NCBI GenBank assembly: GCA_031409335.1
Contig: JANNWY010000011.1
Location: forward strand, 1-26,847
Direction: 5' to 3'
Length of the DNA stretch: 26,847 nucleotides
DNA from: Chthoniobacteraceae bacterium
GTDB lineage: Bacteria > Verrucomicrobiota > Verrucomicrobiia > Chthoniobacterales > Chthoniobacteraceae
The position numbers and the translations under genes were made by a program. Every line of letters starts with the position of its first letter. Position 1 is the stretch's first letter. Below the pieces are notes generated by a model, which had not been told where the DNA came from, made no database searches, and saw nothing but the letters and a program-made list of their open reading frames with translations. Positions 8,160 to 17,145 of this stretch are shown one piece after another.

Positions 8160-10157
8160 ATGCCCACCAGAATTCTGACATCATTCATCGTGCTTATGGT
8201 AGCACTTCTTGCCAACAGCGCGGCGCTGACCCCTCCGCTCGCCAATGGGACGACGTACTATGTGGACTGGGAAAACGGGAACGACGCGAACGATGGAAGG
8301 TCCACGACGGCTCCGTGGAAGCGCGGTCCCGGGATGAATGGTTTTTCTTCAAATTATAGCCATCAGGCAGGCGACCGGTTTATCTTCAAGGGTGGCGTCA
8401 TCTGGCCTTATTCGGCGCTGCCCATGACGATAGTGGGAAGCGGGGAAGCCGAAAGTCCCGACATTTACACCACGGATCACGATTGGTATTCCGGCGGGTC
8501 GTGGGAGCAACCGGTGTTTGACGCAGGCGGGACCGGCACCCAGCTTATCAGGGGATCAAGAAAACGTTATGTGATCATCAACGATCTGTCTCTGAGGAAC
8601 GTGAATACCGCTGGGAGTGCCATTCGGAGTTACGGCATCCATTTGGAAAACTGCCAGGAATTCGCGCTCACGAATAACCGGATACAGCCATACTGCTGGC
8701 GCGCCATCTATGTAGTCGCATACGACGGAACGACGCAGAACAATATCACGATCCAAAACAACGACATCTCGGACTCCGCCGTGCCCATCACCATCGCCAC
8801 GGCAGCCCCTGGCACGGTCATCAACAATGTCGAGATCGGTGGGAATCGGATCCATGATCTGTCCTCAATGATTGTTTATGCAGTCCATGGCGATGGGGTG
8901 CAGATTTTCACCAGCTTTGAACCGAACGACATGACGCAGTCAGTGAGCGGCAGGATTCATGGCAATACATTTTTTGGGAGTGTGGTGCGGTCGTCCTCGG
9001 TCGGGACTGCCGGGATGACTGCCTGGATTTACCTCGCGGCAAATAACGGAGATTTTGTCGTTTACAACAACGCGCTGAGCTACAGCGACAGGCCTTCAAC
9101 AGCGAATCTTTTCAAAGCACTCATCAATGTGAACCAGAACTCGAATGGATCGACCGCGATATATAACAATACGATGCGGGGCACGGATCCAGGGATGTCC
9201 GCGGCGATCGTGCTGGAACACAGCCAAAACGTGACCGTTAAGAACAATATTCTGCAAGGGATGCGAAACTGCTACGACGTGGACCAAGTCTCAGGGTTCA
9301 CTTCAGACTACAATCTGTTCGATACCACCTATGGTTCGGATTGGGTGGGGCGGCTAAACGGAAGGTTTATTTCGCAGACCCAATGGAAAGGCTTGGGCTT
9401 TGACACTCATAGCACTATTGCCGATCCCCTTCTGGTATTGTCGGCAGAGGATCTTCGTTTACAAAGTGGGTCGCCTGCCATCGGGAGAGCGTTCAATCTT
9501 TCAGAGGTGTTTTCAACCGATCGCAATGGCGACCCGCGCACTGAGCCGTGGGATGTGGGTGCCTATGCTGCTCCTCCATCCGATGGCAGCATCACAGCCA
9601 GTCTGGGGAACCACGGTGAGGGACAGGTGATCACGGTTTACTGGATGCTACCCGCGGGAGGTGGCGAAACTGATTGGATCGGGCTTTACAATACAGCCGA
9701 CCGCGGCACGCTTTTGGACTGGAACTACACGGGCGGGACAGCCAGCGGCAGCGTGACTTTTGCCGCGCCTTCCACTCCGGGAACGTACGAATGTTCGTAT
9801 CACTCCCGCAGTTTCTTCTCTGGCACAAAAACTAGCAACACGGTGACGATCGGGACTCAGCGAAAGGCGTCAAGCGATGGCTACAATCTCACCGCCTCCC
9901 CAAGCACGATCTCAGCTGGCAGGACGATCACCGTGAACTGGACCGCACCCGAGGGAAGTGACGCCTTTGACTGGATCGGTCTCTATAGCACGGATGACCG
10001 CAGCACACTCTTGGGCTGGAATTACACCAATGGGGCAGCCAGCGGCACGATGACATTCCCGGCGCCCACCGCGGCAGGGACTTATGATCTCACCTATTTC
10101 CTCCGTGGTTCCTATACCGAGAAGATGAAAAGCGATCCGATCACCCGGGGCGAATAG
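8160..10157 (+). CDS. Secreted right-handed parallel beta-helix protein (pectin-lyase fold, choice-of-anchor Q-like end) with two C-terminal DWIGLY beta-sandwich repeats
   Basis: ATG at 8160 gives signal peptide MPTRILTSFIVLMVALLANSAA. TTYYVD..NGND.NDG.S...PWK start, N-rich I.NN.I coils, DLRLQSGSPAIG...WDVGAY motif, and tandem ITVxW...DWIGLY...GTY repeats (~9620-9800, ~9918-10097). Confidence 0.8.
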   Translation: MPTRILTSFIVLMVALLANSAALTPPLANGTTYYVDWENGNDANDGRSTTAPWKRGPGMNGFSSNYSHQAGDRFIFKGGVIWPYSALPMTIVGSGEAESPDIYTTDHDWYSGGSWEQPVFDAGGTGTQLIRGSRKRYVIINDLSLRNVNTAGSAIRSYGIHLENCQEFALTNNRIQPYCWRAIYVVAYDGTTQNNITIQNNDISDSAVPITIATAAPGTVINNVEIGGNRIHDLSSMIVYAVHGDGVQIFTSFEPNDMTQSVSGRIHGNTFFGSVVRSSSVGTAGMTAWIYLAANNGDFVVYNNALSYSDRPSTANLFKALINVNQNSNGSTAIYNNTMRGTDPGMSAAIVLEHSQNVTVKNNILQGMRNCYDVDQVSGFTSDYNLFDTTYGSDWVGRLNGRFISQTQWKGLGFDTHSTIADPLLVLSAEDLRLQSGSPAIGRAFNLSEVFSTDRNGDPRTEPWDVGAYAAPPSDGSITASLGNHGEGQVITVYWMLPAGGGETDWIGLYNTADRGTLLDWNYTGGTASGSVTFAAPSTPGTYECSYHSRSFFSGTKTSNTVTIGTQRKASSDGYNLTASPSTISAGRTITVNWTAPEGSDAFDWIGLYSTDDRSTLLGWNYTNGAASGTMTFPAPTAAGTYDLTYFLRGSYTEKMKSDPITRGE

Positions 10158-10355
10158 CAGGAGCGACTTTCTCGAATGTAAGGGTCGCACACGGCGCCAC
10201 GATCGAGGAGGGAGGAGGCGAGGTCATGAAATCTCGCCGTTGCGAACCACAAAACGAAGAAAAAGGGGATCGGTATTTTAGAAATGGCGCTGCGTTCCGC
10301 AGATGGGGAAGATGTGTTTCGTGACAATCCCCGCGCCTCCCGGCATCGTTGAGCC

Positions 10356-12284
10356 ATGCCTCAATTCCATGAGCAGACGCTCACTTATCTGCGCGCGATG
10401 CGCGACCGTTATCCCACGGCCGAGTCTGCGCTGGCGGCCATTTCCGGGATGCGCGCGGCGCTTACTTTGCCGAAGCGGACGATCCACATCATCAGCGATG
10501 TGCATGGCGAGTATGTGAAGCTGGCGCACATCCTCCGCAATGCTTCAGGCAGCCTGCGCCCGCTCGTGGAGGAGACCTTTGGCGACCGGCTCACGCCGCC
10601 GGAGAAGCTCGAGTTGCTCAACCTCATCTACTATCCGCGCGAGACTTTCATGGAGCGGAAGTTCGCGGATATAGCCGCGCGGCGCGCGTTTGTCCGGCGG
10701 ACTTGCATGTTGAAATTCGAGCTGCTGCACGTGCTTTCGCAGCGCTACGACATGGCGACGGTCGAGCGCGCGTTTCCGCCGAGTTTCGCGGCGACATTTC
10801 GCGAGTTGCTGTTCGGCGTTTATTTCAATCGCACCGGGGCATTCATCGACGCGCTACTGGAGCCGATCGTACAGCACGGCGACGAGCTGGATTTTCTGCG
10901 GCACATCGCGCGCGTGATTCGGAATCTGCTCGTCTCCGAGTTGATCGTCGCGGGTGATTTTGGCGATCGCGGTCCGCGGATCGATCGCGTGATCGATGCG
11001 GTGATGCATCAGCCAAATGTCGCGATCACCTGGGGAAATCACGACGCGTCGTGGCTCGGCGCGTGTCTCGGCAGCGATGCGCTGATCGCGACGGTGCTGC
11101 GCTTTTCACTCCGCTACCGGCGACTCTCGCAACTCGAGGAGGGCTACGGCATTCCCCTCGCGCCGCTCGAACGTCTCGTGCGCCAGCATTACGCCGATGA
11201 TCCCGCGACGCGCTTCACCGCGCGCGGCGAGGGGCTGCGCGATCCGCTGCAACTGGCGCGAATGCAAAAGGCGATCGCGATCATCCAGCTCAAGCTCGAC
11301 GGGCAGATGATCGAGCGGAATCCCGACTTCGGTTTGCAGCATCGCAACCTCTTCAAACTCATCGACCCGAAAGCCGGTACGATCACGCTCGACGGCAAGA
11401 CGCACGCGCTGCTCGACACGCATTTGCCGACGATCGACTGGTCGAATCCAAACGCGCTTTCCGCCAATGAAGCCGCGTGCATCGAGCGATTGCGGCGTTC
11501 ATTTTTACAAAGCCCGATGCTGTGGCAGCAGATGCGCTATCTCGCGCAAAAGGGCTCGATGTGGCTCGTGCGCGACGATCATCTGATCTTCCACGGCTGC
11601 GTGCCGGTGGATGCGCGCGGCAATTTTCTACCGATGAAAATCAACGGGCGTGAACTGCGCGGGCGTGAGCTTTTCGATGAGTGGAATCTCGTGGTGCAGC
11701 GCGCGGTGCGGACCAACGATCCGCACTGTCTCGATCTGCTTTGGTACCTTTGGGGTGGGCCGCTCTCGCCGGTTTTTGGGAAGGACAAAGTCGCGACTTT
11801 CGAGGGCTACTTCATCGAGGACAAACACACGCATCACGAAACGAAAAACCCATACTTCGATCTGATTCACGAACCGTGGTTTTGCCAGAATGTGCTTGCG
11901 GAATTTGGCTGCGACCCCGAGCGCGGGCTCATCGTGAATGGCCACGTGCCGGTGAAGCTCGAGCAGGGCGAATCCCCGCTGAAACGCAGCGGGCTTGCGG
12001 TGACGATCGACGGCGCTTTTTCGCAGGCTTACGGCGATCAGGGTTACACGCTCGTGCTCGATGCGGACCGCACTTCGCTCGCGCGGCATCATCATTTCGA
12101 GTCGGTGTCGGATGCGATTCACGAAGGCGCGGACATCATCCCGTCGATCGAACATATCCGCACTTACGCAAAGCCACGCACGATCGCGGACACGGAGCGC
12201 GGCGCGAAATTGCGCGGTGAAATCGGCGCGCTGGAAAAGCTGATCGAGGCTTATGAAGCGAACGCGCTTCACGAACTGGGCTGA
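10356..12284 (+). CDS. fbp: Fructose-1,6-bisphosphatase class III
   Basis: 642 aa. Metallophosphoesterase motifs ISDVHGEY, GDFGDRGP, WGNHD and FHGCVP, plus NGHVPVK..GESP and IDGAFSQAY, characteristic of class III FBPase. Confidence 0.92.
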   Translation: MPQFHEQTLTYLRAMRDRYPTAESALAAISGMRAALTLPKRTIHIISDVHGEYVKLAHILRNASGSLRPLVEETFGDRLTPPEKLELLNLIYYPRETFMERKFADIAARRAFVRRTCMLKFELLHVLSQRYDMATVERAFPPSFAATFRELLFGVYFNRTGAFIDALLEPIVQHGDELDFLRHIARVIRNLLVSELIVAGDFGDRGPRIDRVIDAVMHQPNVAITWGNHDASWLGACLGSDALIATVLRFSLRYRRLSQLEEGYGIPLAPLERLVRQHYADDPATRFTARGEGLRDPLQLARMQKAIAIIQLKLDGQMIERNPDFGLQHRNLFKLIDPKAGTITLDGKTHALLDTHLPTIDWSNPNALSANEAACIERLRRSFLQSPMLWQQMRYLAQKGSMWLVRDDHLIFHGCVPVDARGNFLPMKINGRELRGRELFDEWNLVVQRAVRTNDPHCLDLLWYLWGGPLSPVFGKDKVATFEGYFIEDKHTHHETKNPYFDLIHEPWFCQNVLAEFGCDPERGLIVNGHVPVKLEQGESPLKRSGLAVTIDGAFSQAYGDQGYTLVLDADRTSLARHHHFESVSDAIHEGADIIPSIEHIRTYAKPRTIADTERGAKLRGEIGALEKLIEAYEANALHELG

Positions 12285-12294
12285 CGCCGCGGGC

Positions 12295-14688
12295 CTAATC
12301 GCGATCTTCTTTTTTCTTCCGCTTGTCGGATTCCTCGTCGGACTTTTTGGAAGTCGGCGGAGGCTGCCCACGCTGAACGACGGCTGGTGGTGGGGGTTGC
12401 ACGACACGCTGGCGTGCCACCTCCGGCGCGCGCGCGGGTTGTGGCGGGCGCGGTTGCTCGACGACGCGGCGTTGCGGCTGTGGTTGCGGTTGGACGACGC
12501 GCGGCGGGACGGGCTGGGCGGGTGGGCGTGAAACGACCGGGCGGACTTCCGGGGCGGGCGCGACTTGGCGGCGCACTTGCGGTACCGCGGCGGGCCGTTC
12601 GGGAGCCGTGGGGCGGACGCGCGCAGGTGCTTCCTGGGTCGGTTTCACGCGGGCTGGCGGCTCGACGCTGCGGGGACGCGCGGGAGTCGGGACTGGAGCG
12701 ACAGGGCGCGGACGTTCGCGAGTCGCGGCAGGTGGTGGAGTTTCGACGCTGCGGGGAACCACGCGCTCGGGTTGCGCGGGTTTCGCGTCGCCATTTTCAC
12801 GAGCGCGCCGCAGATCGTTCTCAACATTCCGCGGGCGATCGACCTTCGGAGTTTCCGGAGTGGAACGTGGTCGTGCGGGTGGAGTCTCACGCACTTTCGG
12901 AGGCTCGGGGTCGGCGCGTTTCACGGGCACTTCGGGTTTGTCGGCGCGTGTCGGGATTTCTGGAGCGGGCTTTGGACGAGCGGGCTCGGGCTCACGCATT
13001 TTCGGAGGCTCGGCGTCGGCGGGTTTCGCGGGCGCCTCGGGTTTGTCGGCGCGTGTCGGGATTTCGGGAGCGGGCTTTGGACGAGCGGGCTCGGGCTCGC
13101 GCATTTTCGGAGGCTCGGGGTCGGCGGGTTTCGCGGGTGCCTCGGGTTTGTCGGCGCGTGTCGGGATTTCGGGAGCGGGCCGTGGCCGGGCTGCGTCTGG
13201 ATTCAGCGCGCGCGGGCGCTCGACCGTGGGCGGCGTGGTTGCTTCGGGCTTTGGCGGAGTTTGCGCACCGGTCGCCGGTGGAACGGGTCGGCTTGGAGGC
13301 GGTACGAGAGCCGGGACCGTGGTCGGCGGTGTCGCGGGCTTGGCGGCGTTCGGATTTGCGACCGCATTGATCGGGCGCGCCCGCAGAGGACGTTCCTTGG
13401 AAGTCGCGAGGATGTTTTGCTTCACCTGTTGCGCCTGGGCGGGCGCGACGCCTTCCCAGCCTTTTTCCACCTTCGGTTTTCCGAGCCGCTCCTTCACGCG
13501 CGCCGGCGCGGCGATGGCTGCCGCCGCGACGGGTGGCGCGGCGACCTGGAGGGAATTTCCCTGGCGCAAGTTCACGATTTTGCCGCGATCTCCGCCAGGA
13601 TTGCCGGGCTGGAAATTCACCAGCACATTTTCCACAGGCTGCTTGGAGCGCGCGCGGATCACCTCGTAGTTCGGCCCGCCGTTGTGAACGACCGTGTTCG
13701 TCGTCGTCGTGTTGTAAGTGATGTTCGTCACGTTCACGGTGTTGTTGATGATCGTCACGTTCCGCTCGGGCCGCTCGATCACCGGCGCGTAGGAGCGCGC
13801 TCCGAAATTGCTCAGCGCGATGAAAACGTACGCCGCCGGGCCGATGTCGTAGTCGCGATCGACAGTCGCGGTGAAGCTGTGACGCCCGCGCGATTCCGGC
13901 GGCAGCGGTGCCCAGCCGCACTCCTCTTTTCCACGACGCCACGAGACCCAGCCAGGCCCCCACTCACGCCCGGGAATCCAGACCCAGCCTGAGCCGGAGA
14001 TGCGCGTCCAGCGGCCATAGTGATAAGTCGCCCAGCCGAAATTTTCATTCGACTGCCACGTCCAGCCGTGGCCGGTGTGAACCCAGCGCCCATCGGTGTA
14101 AGGCCGCCAGTCATTCCGCCGCGAAACCTCGGGGCGAAAAACGTAGCCATAGTCATCGGTCTCGATCCAGTCGCCGTAAGGATCGAGCGGTTCGTAAAAA
14201 GATTCCACGCGCGTCACCCGCTGCGTCTGGGGAACGACGCGCCCGACGTAAACCGGCTCGCGCTCATTTGGCTCCACTTCCGTCTCTTCATCTTCCTCGG
14301 CCACCCGCTCGAGATCGGCCCGCACTGCCACGCCGCGATCGTCGTCCGCTTTTCGCGGAGCCTCCGCGATCGGCGCAGGTGCGGGTGCGGGTTTGTTTGC
14401 TTCGTCCTGCAATTCGCGGATGCGCGTCGCCGCCGCTTCCTTGTCCATTTTGATCTGCGCGAGTTCTTCCTTCACGCGCGCCAGTTCCGCCTCGCGATCC
14501 GCAGCCTTCTGCTGATCCGCGGCATTGAGACGGTCTTCGAGCGCCCGGATTTTTTCGTTCGCCGCGACTTCCACCTGCCGCTGCGCGGAAATCTCCGCAG
14601 CTTTTGCGGCCTCGACTTCAGCGGAGCGACGATCGCATCCAGCGAGGAGAATGGCCGCGGTCGTGATGAGGATAAAACGTGAGGTCAT
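12295..14688 (-). CDS. Lipoprotein with coiled coil, DUF6600-like Trp/Gly-rich domain and long Pro-rich tail
   Basis: Lipobox LAGC (Cys18), E/A/K-rich helical segment, FYEPLDPYGDW...WRPYTDGRW...FGWATYHYGRW...WGPGWVSW...GWAPLPP, then a long P/R/E/A low-complexity tail. Confidence 0.8.
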   Translation of the reverse strand: MTSRFILITTAAILLAGCDRRSAEVEAAKAAEISAQRQVEVAANEKIRALEDRLNAADQQKAADREAELARVKEELAQIKMDKEAAATRIRELQDEANKPAPAPAPIAEAPRKADDDRGVAVRADLERVAEEDEETEVEPNEREPVYVGRVVPQTQRVTRVESFYEPLDPYGDWIETDDYGYVFRPEVSRRNDWRPYTDGRWVHTGHGWTWQSNENFGWATYHYGRWTRISGSGWVWIPGREWGPGWVSWRRGKEECGWAPLPPESRGRHSFTATVDRDYDIGPAAYVFIALSNFGARSYAPVIERPERNVTIINNTVNVTNITYNTTTTNTVVHNGGPNYEVIRARSKQPVENVLVNFQPGNPGGDRGKIVNLRQGNSLQVAAPPVAAAAIAAPARVKERLGKPKVEKGWEGVAPAQAQQVKQNILATSKERPLRARPINAVANPNAAKPATPPTTVPALVPPPSRPVPPATGAQTPPKPEATTPPTVERPRALNPDAARPRPAPEIPTRADKPEAPAKPADPEPPKMREPEPARPKPAPEIPTRADKPEAPAKPADAEPPKMREPEPARPKPAPEIPTRADKPEVPVKRADPEPPKVRETPPARPRSTPETPKVDRPRNVENDLRRARENGDAKPAQPERVVPRSVETPPPAATRERPRPVAPVPTPARPRSVEPPARVKPTQEAPARVRPTAPERPAAVPQVRRQVAPAPEVRPVVSRPPAQPVPPRVVQPQPQPQRRVVEQPRPPQPARAPEVARQRVVQPPPPAVVQRGQPPPTSKKSDEESDKRKKKEDRD
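12891..13180. repeat. Coding tandem repeat, 105-bp period, ~2.8 copies
   Basis: Units start at 12891, 12996 and 13101. They encode the 35-aa repeat PKPAPEIPTRADKPEAPAKPADPEPPKMREPEPAR on the minus strand. Confidence 0.92.
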
Positions 14689-14708
14689 GGTGTGGTGAAT
14701 CTGCCAGC

Positions 14709-14737
14709 TTCGACTGGCTATTGAAATGCCTATTCAA
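14709..14737 (-). promoter_or_regulatory. Possible ECF-sigma-type promoter for the DUF6600-like gene
   Basis: Minus strand TTGAAT-N17-GTCGAA about 20 nt upstream of the ATG at 14688 resembles GAAC/T...GTCnAA ECF promoters. It overlaps a TTGAA-N7-TTCAA inverted repeat (14721-14737). Confidence 0.3.
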
Positions 14738-14782
14738 ATTACTTGCGGCAAGCGTGAGAAAGCGTCGTTGGCCGTGCCCCCG

Positions 14783-14919
14783 GTTCGATGTTCAAAGTTC
14801 GATGTTCGATGTTCAGCCCGCCGCAGGCGTCGGTGAAAAGGGAAAGCCCCGTCGGACCACGAACGGCCCTGCCGGGGGCTGAACGTCGAACATCGAACTT
14901 TGAACATCGAACATCGAAC
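14783..14919. repeat. Intergenic inverted repeat built of GTTCGAT heptamers (long hairpin)
   Basis: 14783-14819 and 14876-14912 are reverse complements at 36/37 positions, including the variant unit GTTCAAA/TTTGAAC. One extra ATCGAAC unit extends to 14919. Confidence 0.93.
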
Positions 14920-14966
14920 GCAGAGGCATTTACTTTTCGCCGATGCCGGCCTAGTTCGTTGCGCAA

Positions 14967-15875
14967 ATGGACGAGGACCTCGGAAAAATCACCGAACGCA
15001 TCCTGTCGTCGTACGAGACCGGCGGCGGCATGAACAACATCGACGGCACGAATCTGCCGTCGAAGCGCGCCCTCGCAGCCATCTGCGAAGACCTGCTCCA
15101 GCTCTTGTTTCCCGGGTTTCACGATGCGGAGCCGATCCACTCGTCGCACCTCCGCCGCGTCACCCACCACCGCCTTTTCACCATCGCCAACCGGCTCGGC
15201 GAGGAAGTCTGCAAGAGCCTGCGCCTCGGCGAACCCGACTGCCCAAAGGCCCGCGCGAGCGCGGTCGTGATGCTTTTCCTCGAATCACTCCCGCACGTCC
15301 GCGGACTCCTGCGCACCGATGTCGAAGCCGCATTTGCCGGCGACCCCGCAGCCGGCAGTCTCGACGAAATCATCCTCGCCTATCCGTATCTCGAAGCGAT
15401 GGCGATCCAGCGTTCCGCGCACCTGCTTTACTCCCACAAAATCCCGATCATCCCGCGCATGATGACCGAGTGGGCGCACTCGCGCACTGGCATCGACATC
15501 CATCCCGGCGCGCACATCGCGTCGCACTTTTTCATCGACCACGGCACCGGCGTCGTCGTCGGTGAGACAGCCGTGATCGGCGCGCATGTGAAGATGTATC
15601 AAGGCGTGTCGCTCGTTGGCCGCTCGCTCGCTGGAGGCCAGGCGCTGAAGGGAAAAAAGCGGCACCCGACGGTCGAGGACAACGTCACGATTTACGCTGG
15701 CACGACGATCATGGGCGGCGACACCGTGATCGGCGCGGGCAGCACGATCGGCGCGAATGTCTTTCTCACGCACACCGTCCCGCCGCGTTCGCTGGTCGTG
15801 TACGAAGAGCACTCGCTCCGCATTTTGGACAAAGACAAACGGCCCGATGAATGGGTGCAGGATTGGGTGATCTGA
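14967..15875 (+). CDS. cysE: Serine O-acetyltransferase (CysE/EpsC type)
   Basis: GDPAA..EIILAYP, TGIDIHPGA.I...FFIDHGTGVVVGET, KRHPTVEDNVTIYAG hexapeptide-repeat motifs. Confidence 0.95.
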   Translation: MDEDLGKITERILSSYETGGGMNNIDGTNLPSKRALAAICEDLLQLLFPGFHDAEPIHSSHLRRVTHHRLFTIANRLGEEVCKSLRLGEPDCPKARASAVVMLFLESLPHVRGLLRTDVEAAFAGDPAAGSLDEIILAYPYLEAMAIQRSAHLLYSHKIPIIPRMMTEWAHSRTGIDIHPGAHIASHFFIDHGTGVVVGETAVIGAHVKMYQGVSLVGRSLAGGQALKGKKRHPTVEDNVTIYAGTTIMGGDTVIGAGSTIGANVFLTHTVPPRSLVVYEEHSLRILDKDKRPDEWVQDWVI

Positions 15876-15882
15876 TCCCCAT

Positions 15883-15990
15883 TCCTGCTCCTGCTCCTGC
15901 TCTTGATCTTGATCCTGATCTTGATCTTGATCCCTCCGATGGAAAAAGAAGATCCAGATCAAGATCAGGAGCAGGAGCAGGAGCAAGATC
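15883..15990. repeat. Intergenic inverted repeat built of TCYTGM hexamers
   Basis: Left arm (tcctgc)3 then tcttga/tcctga units (15883-15932). Right arm aagatc/cagatc then (aggagc)3 (15949-15990), in mirrored order. Confidence 0.9.
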
Positions 15991-16002
15991 GCTGACGCAC
16001 CG

Positions 16003-17142
16003 ATGATCTATCTCGACTACAACGCCACGACGCCGCTCGCGCCGGAAGTGCTCGCTGCGATGCGGCCTTATTTGGAGCGGCATTTTGGGAATGCTTCGAG
16101 CATTCACGCTGCCGGTCGCGAGGCTCGGGCGGCGGTGGATGAATCGCGGGATCGGATAGCGCGGCTGCTTGGCGCGAAGTCGCATGAGATTGTTTTTACG
16201 AGCGGCGGGACGGAGTCGGATAATCTGGCGATCATCGGGCTCGCGCGGGCGCTGACCGGGCGCGGGAAACATTTGGTGACTTGCGCGACGGAGCATCACG
16301 CGGTGTTGCACGCGTTTGATTTTTTGGAAAAGCGCGAAGGTTTTCGCGTGACGCGACTGCCGGTGGATGCGCTCGGGCGCATCGACTTGGCGCAGCTTCG
16401 CGAGATGATTGGTAGCGAGACGACGCTCGTTTCGTTGATGTCCGCAAACAACGAAACGGGCACGCTGCATCCGCTCGCGGAAATCTCTGCGATCTGCCGC
16501 GAGCGTGGCGCGTTGTTTCATAGCGATGCGATCCAGTCGTTCGGAAAGGAGCCGCTGGTGGCGCGCGAATTCGATGCGCTGTCGCTCGCGGCGCACAAGT
16601 TTCACGGGCCGAAAGGCGCGGGCGTTTTGTTTCTCGGCGCGGGTATTTCCATCGAGCGACTCCAGCACGGCGGCTCGCATGAAAATCAACGCCGTGCAGG
16701 CACGGAGAATGTGGCGGCGATCGTTGGGATGGCGAGCGCCGCGGAGCTGGCGATTCGCGAAATGGAAACGGAACGCGCGCGGCAGGCATCGCTCCGCGAC
16801 CAGCTCTGGCAGGGGATTCGCGAGGCATTGCCCGTGGCGGTGATGAATGGCGATCCGAACGCGCGGCTCGCGAATACGCTGAACGTCAGCTTCCCGGGAT
16901 TCGACGGCGAAAGCCTGCTCATCAATCTCGATCTCGCGGGCATCTGCGCTTCAAGCGGCTCCGCGTGCATGGTCGGCTCGATCGTCCCCTCGCACGTCCT
17001 GCTCGCGATGGGCGTCGCGCCGGAACTCGCGCGCGCGACCGTCCGCTTTTCACTTGGGAAGGAAACGACCGCCGCCGAAATCGAAACGACGATTGCGAGG
17101 TTGCCGGCGATCTTTGCGCGGCTGCAAACTGCGGACGTTTAG
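16003..17142 (+). CDS. iscS: Cysteine desulfurase (IscS/NifS family, PLP-dependent)
   Basis: YLDYNATT, FTSGGTESDN, ANNETG, HKFHGPKG (PLP lysine), SSGSAC (catalytic Cys) and VRFSLG. Confidence 0.93.
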   Translation: MIYLDYNATTPLAPEVLAAMRPYLERHFGNASSIHAAGREARAAVDESRDRIARLLGAKSHEIVFTSGGTESDNLAIIGLARALTGRGKHLVTCATEHHAVLHAFDFLEKREGFRVTRLPVDALGRIDLAQLREMIGSETTLVSLMSANNETGTLHPLAEISAICRERGALFHSDAIQSFGKEPLVAREFDALSLAAHKFHGPKGAGVLFLGAGISIERLQHGGSHENQRRAGTENVAAIVGMASAAELAIREMETERARQASLRDQLWQGIREALPVAVMNGDPNARLANTLNVSFPGFDGESLLINLDLAGICASSGSACMVGSIVPSHVLLAMGVAPELARATVRFSLGKETTAAEIETTIARLPAIFARLQTADV

Positions 17143-17145
17143 CCG

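Noticed and set aside
10226..10324. 32-aa small ORF (MKSRRCEPQ...) after a GGAGG-rich tract
   Set aside because: No recognisable motif, and the ATG lies inside a GGCGAGGT/ATCTCGCC hairpin. It cannot be supported without ribosome profiling.
12387..13992. Several long overlapping ORFs opposite the Pro-rich gene
   Set aside because: These are stop-poor frames caused by high GC and low complexity, with no motifs.
14820..14875. Cobalamin riboswitch (GGTGAAAAGGGAA resemblance)
   Set aside because: It lacks the rest of the conserved core and B12 box, and is too short.
15285..15986. 233-aa minus ORF with poly-L and DQ/EQ repeats
   Set aside because: It is a translation of the hexamer hairpin plus antisense cysE.
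14783..15990. Micro-repeat arrays as CRISPR
   Set aside because: Units are 6-7 bp with no unique spacers, they are arranged as inverted arms, and there are no cas genes.
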